A stretch of DNA of 64,000 nucleotides, from contig JAUVXU010000010.1 in the NCBI GenBank assembly GCA_030603445.1, positions 355 through 64,354 of the forward strand, written 5' to 3'. The notes under the pieces were generated by a model, which had not been told where the DNA came from, did no database searches, and saw only the letters and a program-made list of their open reading frames with translations. This DNA is from Methanomicrobia archaeon. GTDB lineage: Archaea; Methanobacteriota_B; Thermococci; Methanofastidiosales; NM3. The translations under genes were made by a program, and so were the position numbers. Within the stretch, counting starts at the first letter, position 1. Every line of letters starts with the position of its first letter. Shown in pieces: positions 20,464 to 31,786 of the stretch.

Positions 20464-20762
20464 TGGAAATAGCAGTTGTAGGGGAAGAAAGCTTCATGAT
20501 AGGATTCAAACTGGCAGGAATAAAAAAGGGAATACTTGCACAACTCCCTGAAGAGTATGAAAAATCTCTAAAAGAACTGCTAAAAGACCCGAATATAGGC
20601 ATGATAATCGTTTCACAAGAAGCATTTCATTCTATTTCAAGACCGCTTAAGCTAAAAATTGAGGAAACAACAAAACCAGTGATTTTCTCTATCGGTGAAA
20701 AAAGAGATCATGATTTGAAAAATCATATCATCAAAGTTGTTGGTGTAGACTTATGGAAATAG
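20463..20762 (+). CDS. atpF: A-type ATP synthase subunit F
   Basis: MEIAVVG, GFKLAGI, VGVDLW. Confidence 0.93.
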   Translation: MEIAVVGEESFMIGFKLAGIKKGILAQLPEEYEKSLKELLKDPNIGMIIVSQEAFHSISRPLKLKIEETTKPVIFSIGEKRDHDLKNHIIKVVGVDLWK

Positions 20763-22522
20763 GGTCAAAAAAGTCAAAAAGAGGTCCGCGTATCTTCAAA
20801 GTATCCGGTCCTGTGGTAGTAGTTGAGAATCTAGATGGACGAATGTACGACGTGGTCCTTGTAGGGGAAAATCAGCTGATGGGGGAGATTATAGGAATAG
20901 ACGGAGATTTATCTATAGTGCAAGTATACGAGGACACGGAGATGCTAAAGCCACACGATCCTGTGAAGAACACAGGACATCCGTTGTCTGTTGAGCTTGG
21001 CCCAGGACTATTGACATCCATATATGATGGAATACAGCGCCCGCTTCCAAAGATTGCAGAAGGCGGGCCTTTCATGAGGCGGGGAATATCGATACCTGCT
21101 CTTTCACGCGATAAAAAATGGAAGTTCGTGCCAACAAAGAATGTAGGGGACATCGTCAATGGCGGAGATGCAATTGGATATGTTGATGAGACAAAGAACT
21201 TCAGACATCTCATACTTGTTCCTCCAAAAATCTCTGGGAAAATAACAAAAATAGAGGGGGGCGCTTTTACGGTCACCGAGACTGTGTGTGTCCTGGATGA
21301 TGGGAATGAGCTGCAACTTATGCAAAGATGGCCTGTTAAAAAAAGAAGGCCTGTTAAAAACAAGAAATGGCCTGATAAAATCCTAATAACCGGACAGCGC
21401 ATCCTAGACACACTATTTCCTCTTGCAAAAGGGGGGACTGCCGCAATACCAGGGCCATTTGGCAGCGGGAAGACGATAACACAGCAGCAGCTTGCAAAAT
21501 GGGCAGATGCCAAAATCATTGTCTATATCGGTTGCGGGGAACGCGGGAACGAGATGACCGATGTTCTAGTTGAGTTCCCTGAGCTAGTGGACCCAAAGAC
21601 TGGGTCTCCTTTAATGGAGCGCACCGTACTAATAGCAAACACGTCAAATATGCCTGTTGCAGCCCGAGAGGCCTCCTCATACACTGGGATAACGATAGCA
21701 GAATATTTCAGGGATATGGGATATGACGTGGCGCTTATGGCAGACTCGACATCGCGCTGGGCCGAGGCGATGAGGGAAATATCATCGCGCCTTGAAGAAC
21801 TTCCGGGGGAAGAAGGGTATCCTGCATACCTGGCATCGCGCCTTGCAGACTTTTATGAGCGCTCAGGCAGGGCCGAAACACTGATGGGAAAAGAAGGTTC
21901 GGTAACAATAATTGGTGCAGTATCGCCTCAAGGCGGCGACTTTAGCGAACCTGTTACCCAAAACACGCTAAGGGTAACAAAGACTTTCTGGGCACTTGAC
22001 GCGAAACTTGCCAACAGGAGGCACTTCCCTTCTATCAACTGGTTAAAATCTTATTCACTATACCAAAATAATCTCTCCCCCTCCCTTGAAAAGGAGTTTT
22101 TGGGGTGGGAGGACAACAGGAAAAAGATCATGAACATACTGACAAAAGAAAACGAGCTTACAGAAATAGTACAGCTTGTTGGTTCTGATGCGCTGCCTGA
22201 GGACCAGCAGCTCACACTAGAGATCGCACGAATGATAAGAGAGTACTTCTTGCAGCAAGATGCATTTCATCCCGTCGACACATACTGTCCACTGGAAAAG
22301 CAGCATTTGATCATAAAAGCCATCCTATTCTTTGCAGATAATGCCTATAAAGCCCTGGAGATGAAGAAAAAACTACAAGACATAATGAGTCTGCAGTCCA
22401 AGACCATGCTAGCAAGAGCAAAGTTCGAGAAAGATTATGTCAAATACCTGGGCAAAGTGGTTGAACAGATGGAAACGGACTTTAATTCCATTACAGGAGA
22501 TGAAGAACTTGAGGGAATATAA
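20753..22522 (+). CDS. atpA: A-type ATP synthase subunit A
   Basis: [28 protein letters not shown]; no intein. Confidence 0.97.
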   Translation: MEIGSKKSKRGPRIFKVSGPVVVVENLDGRMYDVVLVGENQLMGEIIGIDGDLSIVQVYEDTEMLKPHDPVKNTGHPLSVELGPGLLTSIYDGIQRPLPKIAEGGPFMRRGISIPALSRDKKWKFVPTKNVGDIVNGGDAIGYVDETKNFRHLILVPPKISGKITKIEGGAFTVTETVCVLDDGNELQLMQRWPVKKRRPVKNKKWPDKILITGQRILDTLFPLAKGGTAAIPGPFGSGKTITQQQLAKWADAKIIVYIGCGERGNEMTDVLVEFPELVDPKTGSPLMERTVLIANTSNMPVAAREASSYTGITIAEYFRDMGYDVALMADSTSRWAEAMREISSRLEELPGEEGYPAYLASRLADFYERSGRAETLMGKEGSVTIIGAVSPQGGDFSEPVTQNTLRVTKTFWALDAKLANRRHFPSINWLKSYSLYQNNLSPSLEKEFLGWEDNRKKIMNILTKENELTEIVQLVGSDALPEDQQLTLEIARMIREYFLQQDAFHPVDTYCPLEKQHLIIKAILFFADNAYKALEMKKKLQDIMSLQSKTMLARAKFEKDYVKYLGKVVEQMETDFNSITGDEELEGI

Positions 22523-23897
22523 GACCATCAATAAAATAACAGGCCCATTGCTTTTTGTAGAAAAGACCAAACCAGTAGGTTACAAAGAGTTCGTGGTTAT
22601 CAATCTGCCCAACGGCGAGACAAAAAGGGGGCAGGTGCTTGAAACATCCAAAGACCACGTTATTGTGCAAGTGTTTGAGAACACCCAAGGAATAGATAAA
22701 AACACCTACGTTCACTTCTCGGGTGAAATTATACAGATGCCTGTTTCAGGGGCCATGTTCGGAAGGGTGCTATCCGGCATAGGAAAACCCCTTGATGGGG
22801 GAAGGGACATCATCCCGGAGGATAAAAGAAATATCCAAGGGGAGGTCATAAATCCTTATTCACGAAAAACTCCGGACGAGTTTATACAGACAGGGATCTC
22901 TACAATAGATGGTATGAATACTCTTGTAAGGGGGCAAAAGCTGCCACTATTTTCAGGTTCGGGACTTCCGCATAACGACATTGCCTTGCAAATAGCGCGC
23001 CAGGCAACGGTAAGGGGAGAAGAAGAATCGTTTGCTGTAGTATTTTGCGCCATTGGCATAACGCAAGAAGAAGCAAAACAGTTCATGAATGAATTTGAGA
23101 AAACAGGCGCCCTAGAAAGAGGCGTCATCTTCCTGAATCTGGCAAGCGATCCTTCCATTGAAAGGATAATCACCCCGCGAATGGCCCTAACAACAGCAGA
23201 GTTCCTTGCTTTTGAATATGGTTATCACGTTCTTACCATCATGACCGATATGACCAATTACTGCGAGGCTCTCTTGGAGATAGGTGCTGCCAGAGAGGAA
23301 GTACCCGGAAGAAGAGGTTATCCTGGATACCTCTACACAGACCTTGCAACCTTGTATGAAAGAGCAGGCATAATAAAAGGGAAGAAGGGGTCTGTCACAC
23401 AACTCCCCATCTTAACAATGCCAGGAGATGACAAGACCCATCCGGTACCAGACCTAACAGGGTATATAACAGAAGGCCAGATATTTGTATCGCGCAATCT
23501 TCATAGGAAAAATATCTATCCTCCAATAGACGTGCTGCCGTCCCTTTCAAGATTGATGAACAGCGGGATAGGCCATAAAAAGACCAGGGAGGATCACAAA
23601 TCGCTTTCTGATCAACTCTACTCCGCATATGCAGAAGGGCTTGATCTAAGAGGGCTAGCAACTATAGTAGGTAAGGACGCCCTTACTAGAAGGGACCAGA
23701 GGCTGCTCTCGTTTGCAGACTCTTTTGAAAATACGTTTGTACAGCAGGGAAAAGAAGAGAACAGACCTATAGAAACAACACTTGATATAGGTTGGGACCT
23801 CTTGTCAAAACTACCTGAAAACGACCTGACCCGCATTTCAAGCGAGATATTAAAAAAATATTATGGGAGGGGGGAACCTGCCATTAGCCGAAGTTAA
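22500..23897 (+). CDS. atpB: A-type ATP synthase subunit B
   Basis: [35 protein letters not shown]; start moved to 22500. Confidence 0.97.
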   Translation: MKNLREYKTINKITGPLLFVEKTKPVGYKEFVVINLPNGETKRGQVLETSKDHVIVQVFENTQGIDKNTYVHFSGEIIQMPVSGAMFGRVLSGIGKPLDGGRDIIPEDKRNIQGEVINPYSRKTPDEFIQTGISTIDGMNTLVRGQKLPLFSGSGLPHNDIALQIARQATVRGEEESFAVVFCAIGITQEEAKQFMNEFEKTGALERGVIFLNLASDPSIERIITPRMALTTAEFLAFEYGYHVLTIMTDMTNYCEALLEIGAAREEVPGRRGYPGYLYTDLATLYERAGIIKGKKGSVTQLPILTMPGDDKTHPVPDLTGYITEGQIFVSRNLHRKNIYPPIDVLPSLSRLMNSGIGHKKTREDHKSLSDQLYSAYAEGLDLRGLATIVGKDALTRRDQRLLSFADSFENTFVQQGKEENRPIETTLDIGWDLLSKLPENDLTRISSEILKKYYGRGEPAISRS

Positions 23898-24510
23898 CCC
23901 TACCCGCTCAGAACTCTTAGAATTAAAAAGGAAGATAGAATTTTCCCAAGTAGGTTATGATCTGTTAAAAAAGAAACGCGACGCCTTAATGCTCGAACTC
24001 TTTGCCGCAATCAAGAAGGCAAAAGATGCCAGGGAAGAGCTTGATAGAGAGTATGAGATAGCACTTGAGAAAATTGCAGTAGCCCAGGCAACAGATGGGA
24101 TAGCCAAGCTAAAATCATCTGCTTTTGCTCGCACGGACACACCAGATATCATAGTAGAGAAACAAAATATAATGGGAATAGAGGTGCCGCATATATCCAC
24201 TGTATCTGTTAGAAAGAAACTTTATGAAAGAGGATATGGTATTGGCAATACCTCATCGCGAATCGATGAAGCATCATACCACTATGAAATAGTTGTGGAA
24301 AAGATAATCATCGCCGCAGAGTTTGAGGCCATAATAAAGCGCATTCTAACTGAGATAGAGAGAACAAAAAGAAGGGTAAATGCTCTGGAGCATAGGATAA
24401 TACCCCAATTGATTGAAACACAGCAAAAGATTCAGACCCGCCTTAATGAGCAGGAGCGAGAAAACATATTTGTCATCAAGAAGATAAAAAAATGCATGAG
24501 GGGATCCTAG
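23863..24510 (+). CDS. atpD: A-type ATP synthase subunit D
   Basis: [25 protein letters not shown]. Confidence 0.95.
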   Translation: MGGGNLPLAEVNPTRSELLELKRKIEFSQVGYDLLKKKRDALMLELFAAIKKAKDAREELDREYEIALEKIAVAQATDGIAKLKSSAFARTDTPDIIVEKQNIMGIEVPHISTVSVRKKLYERGYGIGNTSSRIDEASYHYEIVVEKIIIAAEFEAIIKRILTEIERTKRRVNALEHRIIPQLIETQQKIQTRLNEQERENIFVIKKIKKCMRGS

Positions 24511-24914
24511 ACTTCCTCTATGAACACATCGATTACTTCGGGAATACCGCTTATCTCCTTCTTTATCTCCTTTAACGAATGTTTGCATCCTGAAAGGTCT
24601 AACAGCTTTACCGAAGAATAAATATTATCATCAACGATCCCGCCTGTGCCAAATAGTATGTTTATGTCAAACTTGCCAAGAATAGCATCAACATTGGCAT
24701 TTGTCCCAGGCACATTCTTTAACAAGACCTTTAGCTCCGCCGTCTCTGTTGATGTTGGGACAAGAGGTTTTATAGTGATCTCCTTTCCCGATGCCGAACC
24801 TTTGAAAATGATGTATTCTCCTTTTTGCATCCCAAGGACATCTAAGATGTCGCAAGGTATGGTCACGTCGTTCTTATCAACCTTTATTATGGAAAAGATA
24901 GGCATGAAATACAC
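24507..24914 (-). CDS. AbrB-like plus ACT-domain regulator
   Basis: N-terminal VTIPCDILDVLG (AbrB-like), C-terminal KNVPG...DINIL (ACT-like). Confidence 0.6.
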   Translation of the reverse strand: MYFMPIFSIIKVDKNDVTIPCDILDVLGMQKGEYIIFKGSASGKEITIKPLVPTSTETAELKVLLKNVPGTNANVDAILGKFDINILFGTGGIVDDNIYSSVKLLDLSGCKHSLKEIKKEISGIPEVIDVFIEEV

Positions 24915-25079
24915 TTTAAATTATCAACATTTAAACATTATGGTGCAAGTATGATCATACAATTGCCACAAGGTATTACAGCCTTCTTGTCGAGAAATCC
25001 CTCTTTTTAGTAAAAGTACCATCATTTAACGTGACAAAATACAAAACAATAATTAAGTAAAAAGAAAATATACAACAGT

Positions 25080-25850
25080 ATGACAATTATCATAACCAAT
25101 GATGATGGGGTATATTCAAAGGGGATAAAAGCAAGCTACCAAGCACTGCGCCCACTAATGCCCCTGATAATATCTGCACCTGAGTCGCAAAAAACAGGGA
25201 CCGGGAGGGGATTTACACTATACAAACCCATACGCGTACGCGAAGTTAAATTTGGCGATAGCATTGCCTATGCCACAAGCGGGACGCCTGTGGACTCTTT
25301 ATTGTTTGCAACAAGGGGGCTTGGTATTTGCCCAAGCCTTGTTGTATCAGGCATTAATCTAGGGGAGAACATATCTACCGAGATAACGGCTTCCGGGACC
25401 GTTGGAGTGGCTCTAGAAGCTGCATCCTGCAACTACGCTTCAATAGCGGTATCACTTGAAGTGCCAAAGGACATGGCGAAATTCGAAGAAGGTAAGGACA
25501 TCGACTTCCTAGCAGCACAGCACGTCACTAGAAAGATAGCCCAAACTGTGCTTGAACATGGCCTGCCGGATGGTGTGGACCTGCTAAACGTCAACATCCC
25601 AAAAGATGCGACACCAGCAACCCCGGTAGAGATAACGTTCCTTGAAAGGAGGCTGTATGAATCCAAAATAGAAAAACGTACAGACCCTATGGGAAGGGCA
25701 TACTACTGGAACTTAGGTGATATTATAGAGAAATCTTCACCTGGATCAGACGTATACTGCATAAAAAACAAGCACCATATCTCAATAACGCCTTTGTCAA
25801 TTGACCTGACCGCAAAAATAAATGAAAAACAATTAGAATACTTGCTCTAG
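25080..25850 (+). CDS. surE: 5'/3'-nucleotidase SurE
   Basis: ITNDDG, SGTPVD, SGINLGEN, SGTVG. Confidence 0.95.
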   Translation: MTIIITNDDGVYSKGIKASYQALRPLMPLIISAPESQKTGTGRGFTLYKPIRVREVKFGDSIAYATSGTPVDSLLFATRGLGICPSLVVSGINLGENISTEITASGTVGVALEAASCNYASIAVSLEVPKDMAKFEEGKDIDFLAAQHVTRKIAQTVLEHGLPDGVDLLNVNIPKDATPATPVEITFLERRLYESKIEKRTDPMGRAYYWNLGDIIEKSSPGSDVYCIKNKHHISITPLSIDLTAKINEKQLEYLL

Positions 25851-26761
25851 TTCTTTCTCCCAATAGCAAGCATCCTCTCCAGTGGCTCCCTTGCTGCATC
25901 AAGTATCTTTTCAGGAAGCACTATCTTATTATCGCCTGTCTTCATTGTATGGTATATCTTTTCAAGCGTAACTTTTTTCATATCGGCGCATATAGCATGC
26001 TCCACTTCATAGAATATCTTGTTAGGGAGCTCGTTTCTCAATCTGTAGCATAAACCCTTCTCGGTCCCTATGATAAACTCCTTTTCTGAGGATATGCTGG
26101 CAATTTTTAACATGCCATTTGTAGACAATACATTATCTGCAATAGACTGCACCTGGGGTATGCACTCTGGATGTACTAACAATTTAGCATCAGGATGGCG
26201 CGACTTAAGGTGCAGCACATCCTCGGGGCGTATAAGCAAATTATGCACATAGCAGTATCCCTCGTCTGGTATCGGGATAAGCGTCTTGTCTGTCTGTTGC
26301 TGGGTCCAGTGCAAAAGATTCTTGTCTGGGCCAAACAATATGGTGTCAGAATCTGCAGCCTCCACGATTTGTGCAGCATTAGCTGATGTGCATATTATAT
26401 CAGACAACGCCTTTGAAGCTGCTGTCGTGTTGCCATATAGCACAACGGAAGCATCAGGGTACTGTTCCTTCTTTTTTGTAATTATATCTGGTGTAAGCAT
26501 TGCAGCCATAGGGCAGTATGCATTAGGTTCTGGAAGCAGGACCGTCTTTTCAGGATTTAATATAAGGGCAGATTCTGCCATGAACTTTACTCCGGCAAAA
26601 AGGATTGTTCCCTCTTCTAAGTCCTGCGCCCTATAACATAGATCAAGCGAATCACCCAGGTAGTCTGCTATGTCCTGTACCTCTGGTGGCTGGTAGTTAT
26701 GGGCAAGGATGGCAATGTCCTTCTCCTCTTTCAAAGCATTTATCTTATCAATAATATCCAA
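25847..26761 (-). CDS. nadA: quinolinate synthase
   Basis: ILAHNYQ, GDSL, FMAE, CPMA, CTSANA, HPEC, CADMK. Confidence 0.96.
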   Translation of the reverse strand: MDIIDKINALKEEKDIAILAHNYQPPEVQDIADYLGDSLDLCYRAQDLEEGTILFAGVKFMAESALILNPEKTVLLPEPNAYCPMAAMLTPDIITKKKEQYPDASVVLYGNTTAASKALSDIICTSANAAQIVEAADSDTILFGPDKNLLHWTQQQTDKTLIPIPDEGYCYVHNLLIRPEDVLHLKSRHPDAKLLVHPECIPQVQSIADNVLSTNGMLKIASISSEKEFIIGTEKGLCYRLRNELPNKIFYEVEHAICADMKKVTLEKIYHTMKTGDNKIVLPEKILDAAREPLERMLAIGRKN

Positions 26762-26828
26762 AGTATCTCCCCTTATAACACGAAATCCGTTATATAATAC
26801 AATTTAAAAAACTTTTGGGAAGAAAAAA

Positions 26829-27497
26829 TCATAGCAACGACATTATCTCACGAAGCGTGGAGACGCTGTGATCAGGCGTAACATCTGCAACACGTTCATA
26901 TTCAAAAAATCCATTTCGAAATAGTATTGTGGTAGCACCTATCGCATTGCCGCCGCGTATATCTGTCTCCATCCTGTCCCCTATGACATATATTTTTTCG
27001 TCTCCCTTGCACGCAAGTTCGAAATTGCGAACGTTCTTCTTTGAGGTGCCTATCTCACCCGAAATTATTATGCTATCAAAATAATCCCTTATGCCAAGAA
27101 AATCGATTTTTTCATTCTGCCATTTCTTAGATCCATCTGTTACCAAACACAGTCTGTAGCGCCCCTTTATATGCTGAAGCAGCTCTATAGCGCCGTCTGT
27201 AAGGCTAAATTTTTCATAAAACGCTTTCTCGAAAACTATACACGCCTCCTCTTTTACCGATTCAGGAAGGCTGGGATAGTATTGGGATAGGAATTTCTTG
27301 ATTACGGAAGATGGATCAAGCAGCAATATAGCCTCATTTTGAAATATAAACTCCTTGTCCTCCTTTAGAATCAGGGCCTTTACGATACGAAACAGGCGCT
27401 TTTTCAAAAAGAAAAACAAAAGCTTTCTATTGCCTTTTTGGGCAGCTTTCCATGTTGTGGCCAGAGTGTCGTCAAGATCTATTATTACCGTGCCCAT
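26829..27497 (-). CDS. HAD-family hydrolase
   Basis: DLDDTL, VTDG, IGDRMETDI. Confidence 0.85.
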   Translation of the reverse strand: MGTVIIDLDDTLATTWKAAQKGNRKLLFFFLKKRLFRIVKALILKEDKEFIFQNEAILLLDPSSVIKKFLSQYYPSLPESVKEEACIVFEKAFYEKFSLTDGAIELLQHIKGRYRLCLVTDGSKKWQNEKIDFLGIRDYFDSIIISGEIGTSKKNVRNFELACKGDEKIYVIGDRMETDIRGGNAIGATTILFRNGFFEYERVADVTPDHSVSTLREIMSLL

Positions 27498-27556
27498 ATT
27501 ATTAAAGCAGTAAAAACACTTTTAAACATTTCTTATCACATACCAATAGTATTAAA

Positions 27557-28075
27557 ATGATGGATAAGTTACGTGAGCTGGCTTTAAAGCAGGGTGCGAA
27601 TAATGCCACCATAATAGACCCAAGCACAATACAGCCCAGGGTATGGGTGCGAATGAAATGCCAGTTTGGATGCCCGGCGTATGGAACAAACTATACATGC
27701 CCTCCACACGTGCCACCACTTAAAGATGTAAAGGAGTTCCTTTCAGAGTATACTTGCGGCCTTCTAATAGAGTTTGTGGGACTAGCCACACTGCATGACC
27801 AAAAGAGAGTGCTAAAAGTTCTGCTTCGCTTGGAGAAGGAAGCTTTCTTTGAAGGTTATTACAAAGCATTTGGCATCGCTGCCGGACCTTGTCATTTATG
27901 CAAGGTATGTAAGGCAAAAGATGGAAAGCCGTGCTACGATATGGGGCGCCGACCCTCTTTAGAATCACTTGGAATTGATGTCTACGAGCTTGTCAATAGC
28001 TCCGGGTACACTTTATCCCCTGTACACAAAAAGAATGACGAATACAAGAGCTATGGAGTATTACTGCTTTATTAA
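27557..28075 (+). CDS. DUF2284 metal-binding protein
   Basis: KCQFGCPAYG...CPP, GPCHLCKVC, RPSLESLGIDV. Confidence 0.85.
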   Translation: MMDKLRELALKQGANNATIIDPSTIQPRVWVRMKCQFGCPAYGTNYTCPPHVPPLKDVKEFLSEYTCGLLIEFVGLATLHDQKRVLKVLLRLEKEAFFEGYYKAFGIAAGPCHLCKVCKAKDGKPCYDMGRRPSLESLGIDVYELVNSSGYTLSPVHKKNDEYKSYGVLLLY

Positions 28076-28122
28076 AAGATAACCAAAAGATTTTTATTTT
28101 TAGTTATATGCAGCAACTGCAT

Positions 28123-28198
28123 AGCCGGGTAGGGTAGGGGACAATCCTGCAGGACTCTGGATCCCGCGACCGCGGTTCGAATCCGCGCCCGGCTACCA
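28123..28198 (+). tRNA. tRNA-Gln (anticodon CTG), CCA encoded
   Basis: Acceptor AGCCGGG/CCCGGCT, T-arm CGCGG-TTCGAAT-CCGCG, loop CT-CTG-GA, discriminator A plus CCA. Confidence 0.93.
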
Positions 28199-28414
28199 TA
28201 TTATAAAATAATGTCATTTATTAAACAAATTACCGATATTTTTAACGTTATGTTAAAATAAACGGCAAAGAGTTTAAATATTATATAAATTCCCTTTTGA
28301 AATGTTTGGTGACCTATATGAAAACCACAACAGTAAATCACAAAATAAACATGGCAAATAATATCACCCATATTTTTTCTACTGTGGTTTACGCTTATAG
28401 CTATTGAGCACTAT

Positions 28415-29776
28415 TTGCATTTGTGCATCCCGCTTACCTGCATTCTAGCAGCTTATTGCTATTTTTTAGGAGGGGTTATTATCTTATCAACAAAAATTAG
28501 TAGATATGATATTATTTCACAACAAGAAAAACAATTACGATATACAATTCGTGAAGGGGAAAAGAAGTCCCCTTGGATAAAGTCACAACTAAGTAAAGCA
28601 GGTTTAACTGCAAACGACATAAAGACGCGCGAGGATCTCCAAAAAATGCCTTTTACAACAAAACAGGATTTGCGTGACAACTACCCATTCGGCCTGCTTG
28701 CATGCCCTCTGGAGGATGTGGTGCGATTCCACGCATCATCAGGGACCACAGGAAAATCAACAGTTGTATACTACACCCAGGAGGACATAAACACTTGGGC
28801 AGGCCTGATGGCCAGAGTTTTGAAGACCACCGGGCTTACGAACAAGGACACCATGCAAATAATCTACACGTATGGGTTCTTTACTGGGGGATTCGGATTT
28901 CACTACGGGGCCGAGCGTCTTGGCATCTCCGTTATACCGTCTGGTGCGGGCAACTCAAAAAAACAGCTTGAGATAATGAAGGACTTCAAGACAACGTCTT
29001 TTACAAGCACCCCGTCCTACGCACTGCACCTGGCAGAGGTAGCAGATGAAATGGGTGTAGACCCTGAAAAGGACCTCTCGCTTAGGCAGGGAGTATTTGG
29101 CGCCGAACCATGGACAGAGAAGATAAGGGAGAGGATAGAACAGGCCTTTGATATAGATGCCTACGACAACTACGGGCTCTCAGAACTTTGTGGGCCAGGC
29201 GTTGCATGTGAATGCGAAGAGAAGAACGGTATGCATTTTTGGGAAGATTATTTCATCCTTGAGGTCATAGACCCGGACACTGGAGAAGTGCTCCAAGACG
29301 GGGAAAAAGGAGAACTTGTGTTCACCCCATTATGGAGGCAGGCCATGCCCCTTATCCGCTACAGGACAGGGGATATATCGCGAATAATGGATGATGAATG
29401 CACCTGCAGCCTGCCATTTAAGAAAATAGAGCGTATAACAGGAAGAAGCGACGATATGCTAATAATAAAGGGGGTAAACATCTTCCCAAGCCAGATAGAA
29501 GAAGTAATATCCCAGCATCCGGAATTTAGGGGGCACTACCAGATAATTGTTGAGAAGGAGGGCGCAATGGACGGTCTGACAATATGTATGGAAGTGACTG
29601 AAAATTTATTCTCAGGCAACCTTAAAGACCTTTTACAAGTGCAAAAGGAGCTAGAAAACAGCATGCGCTCGACATTTTTCATATCTTCAAAAATCAAGCT
29701 CGTGGAAGAAGGGGCCATCCCAAGATCCATGGGCAAGGCAAAACGCGTAATAGACAATAGGAGGAATAAAAAATGA
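28415..29776 (+). CDS. paaK: phenylacetate-CoA ligase (start uncertain, probably ~28480)
   Basis: PFTTKQDLRDNYPFG, HASSGTTGK, FGAEPW, YGLSE, RYRTGD, GVNIFPSQIE. Confidence 0.92.
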   Translation: MHLCIPLTCILAAYCYFLGGVIILSTKISRYDIISQQEKQLRYTIREGEKKSPWIKSQLSKAGLTANDIKTREDLQKMPFTTKQDLRDNYPFGLLACPLEDVVRFHASSGTTGKSTVVYYTQEDINTWAGLMARVLKTTGLTNKDTMQIIYTYGFFTGGFGFHYGAERLGISVIPSGAGNSKKQLEIMKDFKTTSFTSTPSYALHLAEVADEMGVDPEKDLSLRQGVFGAEPWTEKIRERIEQAFDIDAYDNYGLSELCGPGVACECEEKNGMHFWEDYFILEVIDPDTGEVLQDGEKGELVFTPLWRQAMPLIRYRTGDISRIMDDECTCSLPFKKIERITGRSDDMLIIKGVNIFPSQIEEVISQHPEFRGHYQIIVEKEGAMDGLTICMEVTENLFSGNLKDLLQVQKELENSMRSTFFISSKIKLVEEGAIPRSMGKAKRVIDNRRNKK

Positions 29777-29886
29777 TATATGGATTACCAAACACAACAT
29801 TTGTTGTTGCCTTTGGACTTCCAGTAGTAATAGTCATCGTTCTCCTGATATGGGGAAAACTATACACCGTAGGGGAGGATGACTAG
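29773..29886 (+). CDS. 37-aa single-TM protein, probable symporter accessory subunit
   Basis: MIYGLPNTTFVVAFGLPVVIVIVLLIWGKLYTVGEDD; overlaps the paaK stop and abuts the symporter ATG. Not in ORF track. Confidence 0.7.
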   Translation: MIYGLPNTTFVVAFGLPVVIVIVLLIWGKLYTVGEDD

Positions 29887-31395
29887 ATGGAAGGAAATAT
29901 TACAATGCTGGCCATTGTTATAACCTACTTCGTGGGCGTCATGATAGTGGGAATATGGGCATCAAAAAAGATAAAGACATCAAAAGACTACCTTCTTGCA
30001 GGAAAGAGCATAGGATTTTGGATGTTCGTAATGCTAATAGTATCATCTACCACATCCGGTATGACGCTTCTTGGAAGCTCTGGGCTAGGATATGTTACAG
30101 GATGGCCGACGATATGGGAGCAGATGTTTGTTCCCCTGACAATAGCGGTATGCATCATAATCTACGGGGCCAAGATGGCCCAGATAGGCAATATCAGAGG
30201 ATACGTTACCGTACAGGACTATTTTGCAGACAGATTCTACAGCAAGAAAAAGATAAGGGGTATTTCCGGATTTTCCGTAATCGTTACAAGCATAGTATAT
30301 CTCGTCGGCCAGTACACGGCAATAAGCATAGTGCTCGTTTGGTTGTTTGGGATATCGCATGCGCAGGCGCTGCTCATAGCCGGGACCATAGTTTTTCTAT
30401 ATGTGATACTTGGAGGGCTGTATGCTGTTGCATGGATAAACACCATCCAGGGGATCTCCATTATCTTGGGCGTGATAGTTTTCGCACCCATAATCATCAA
30501 ATCTGCAGGAGGGCTTACTGCCATAAACGCGACACTTGGGGCAATAGATAGCAACATGCTCTCACTTTCCTACCCGTCCGCCTACGCAGGATATGCCTTT
30601 GCAACACCCGCATTTTTATTCTCATTTTTCTTCCTGCTTGCTATAGGCCTTGGGTCTAGCCCCCACATAATCAACAACGTCCTTGCAGTTAAGAAGCAGA
30701 AGTATTTCAAGTACACCCCTGTTGCAGCGTTTTGCATCTACGTGGTCATCATGTACTTAATCAAGATGATAGGATTCTCTGCCCGAACACTAGTGGAGAA
30801 AGGCCTGATGACCGTACCAGGTCCAGACTACTCTTTCATAGCAACGACCGAATACGCACTGCCGCAAATCGTGTGGCCTTTTGTGGCCGTTGTCGTGCTT
30901 GCAGCGGTGATGTCAACAACAGACAGGATAATGTTAACAATAGGCACTACTGCCAGCTGGGACATCTACAAGAACATAATAAATCCTGATGCCGATGACA
31001 AGAAGATAACACTATACTCCAGGATCGCGGTGTTTTTTGCAGCCATAATTACGATGGCTCTTGCCATAAATCCCCCAGAGCTGCTTGCCTGGTTGATATG
31101 GATGACAATTGGCATAACACTATCTGTGTTTGTTGTACCGCTTGTTGCCGGGCTGTACTGGAAGCGTGCGACCAAACAGGGTGCAATGGCATCAATGATA
31201 GTTGGATTCTCAACAGCAGTGGTATTTGGATACGTACATAAGTTCGTGACCTCTCTACCTATGCACTTCTCGATATACAGTTTTGCCCTGGCAATCCTCG
31301 CAATGGTCATAGTCAGTTTTATGACCCCGCCGCCGCCAGAAGAAGTGATAAAGAGAACCCACACAGGATTTTTTATTAAGATAAAGGAGGAATAA
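29887..31395 (+). CDS. sodium:solute symporter (SSS family)
   Basis: DYLLAGK, GGLYAVAW, AAVMSTTD, GLYWKRATKQGA; many TM helices. Confidence 0.92.
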   Translation: MEGNITMLAIVITYFVGVMIVGIWASKKIKTSKDYLLAGKSIGFWMFVMLIVSSTTSGMTLLGSSGLGYVTGWPTIWEQMFVPLTIAVCIIIYGAKMAQIGNIRGYVTVQDYFADRFYSKKKIRGISGFSVIVTSIVYLVGQYTAISIVLVWLFGISHAQALLIAGTIVFLYVILGGLYAVAWINTIQGISIILGVIVFAPIIIKSAGGLTAINATLGAIDSNMLSLSYPSAYAGYAFATPAFLFSFFFLLAIGLGSSPHIINNVLAVKKQKYFKYTPVAAFCIYVVIMYLIKMIGFSARTLVEKGLMTVPGPDYSFIATTEYALPQIVWPFVAVVVLAAVMSTTDRIMLTIGTTASWDIYKNIINPDADDKKITLYSRIAVFFAAIITMALAINPPELLAWLIWMTIGITLSVFVVPLVAGLYWKRATKQGAMASMIVGFSTAVVFGYVHKFVTSLPMHFSIYSFALAILAMVIVSFMTPPPPEEVIKRTHTGFFIKIKEE

Positions 31396-31778
31396 TGGTG
31401 GACATCATATCTGTATTTATTCAAAATGTTCCTGGGCGCTTGTCCCATATCTTAAATGAAATCGGGACTCAAAATATCCATGGATTCTCCATTGCCGATG
31501 CAGGCGAGTTTGGGATCGTCCGGCTGTGTATAGATGAGCCGTCAAAGGCAGTGCAGATGCTAAAAAAACATGATATAATAGCATGCATAACGCCATCAGT
31601 CGCTATTGATGGAAAATACCTACAAAAGACATCAGAGCTCTTTGACAAAAACAACATCAACATAGATGACGCAATATATGCGGTCGTTGTTAATGGCTCG
31701 CCACTTGCCGTGCTTAAGGTATCAGACACGAACAAGACACAAAAACTACTTGAGGAGAATGGCATTCCATTCTCCTGA
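31395..31778 (+). CDS. ACT-domain protein (paaK-associated)
   Basis: ISVFIQNVPGRL, SIADAGEFGIVRL. Confidence 0.85.
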   Translation: MVDIISVFIQNVPGRLSHILNEIGTQNIHGFSIADAGEFGIVRLCIDEPSKAVQMLKKHDIIACITPSVAIDGKYLQKTSELFDKNNINIDDAIYAVVVNGSPLAVLKVSDTNKTQKLLEENGIPFS

Positions 31779-31786
31779 TCTTTCTT

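Noticed and set aside
20753-22522. Intein in atpA, common in related archaea
   Set aside because: Length is 589 aa and the P-loop region is contiguous.
28199-28410. Integrated element at tRNA-Gln
   Set aside because: No integrase and no duplicated tRNA 3' end found in the window.
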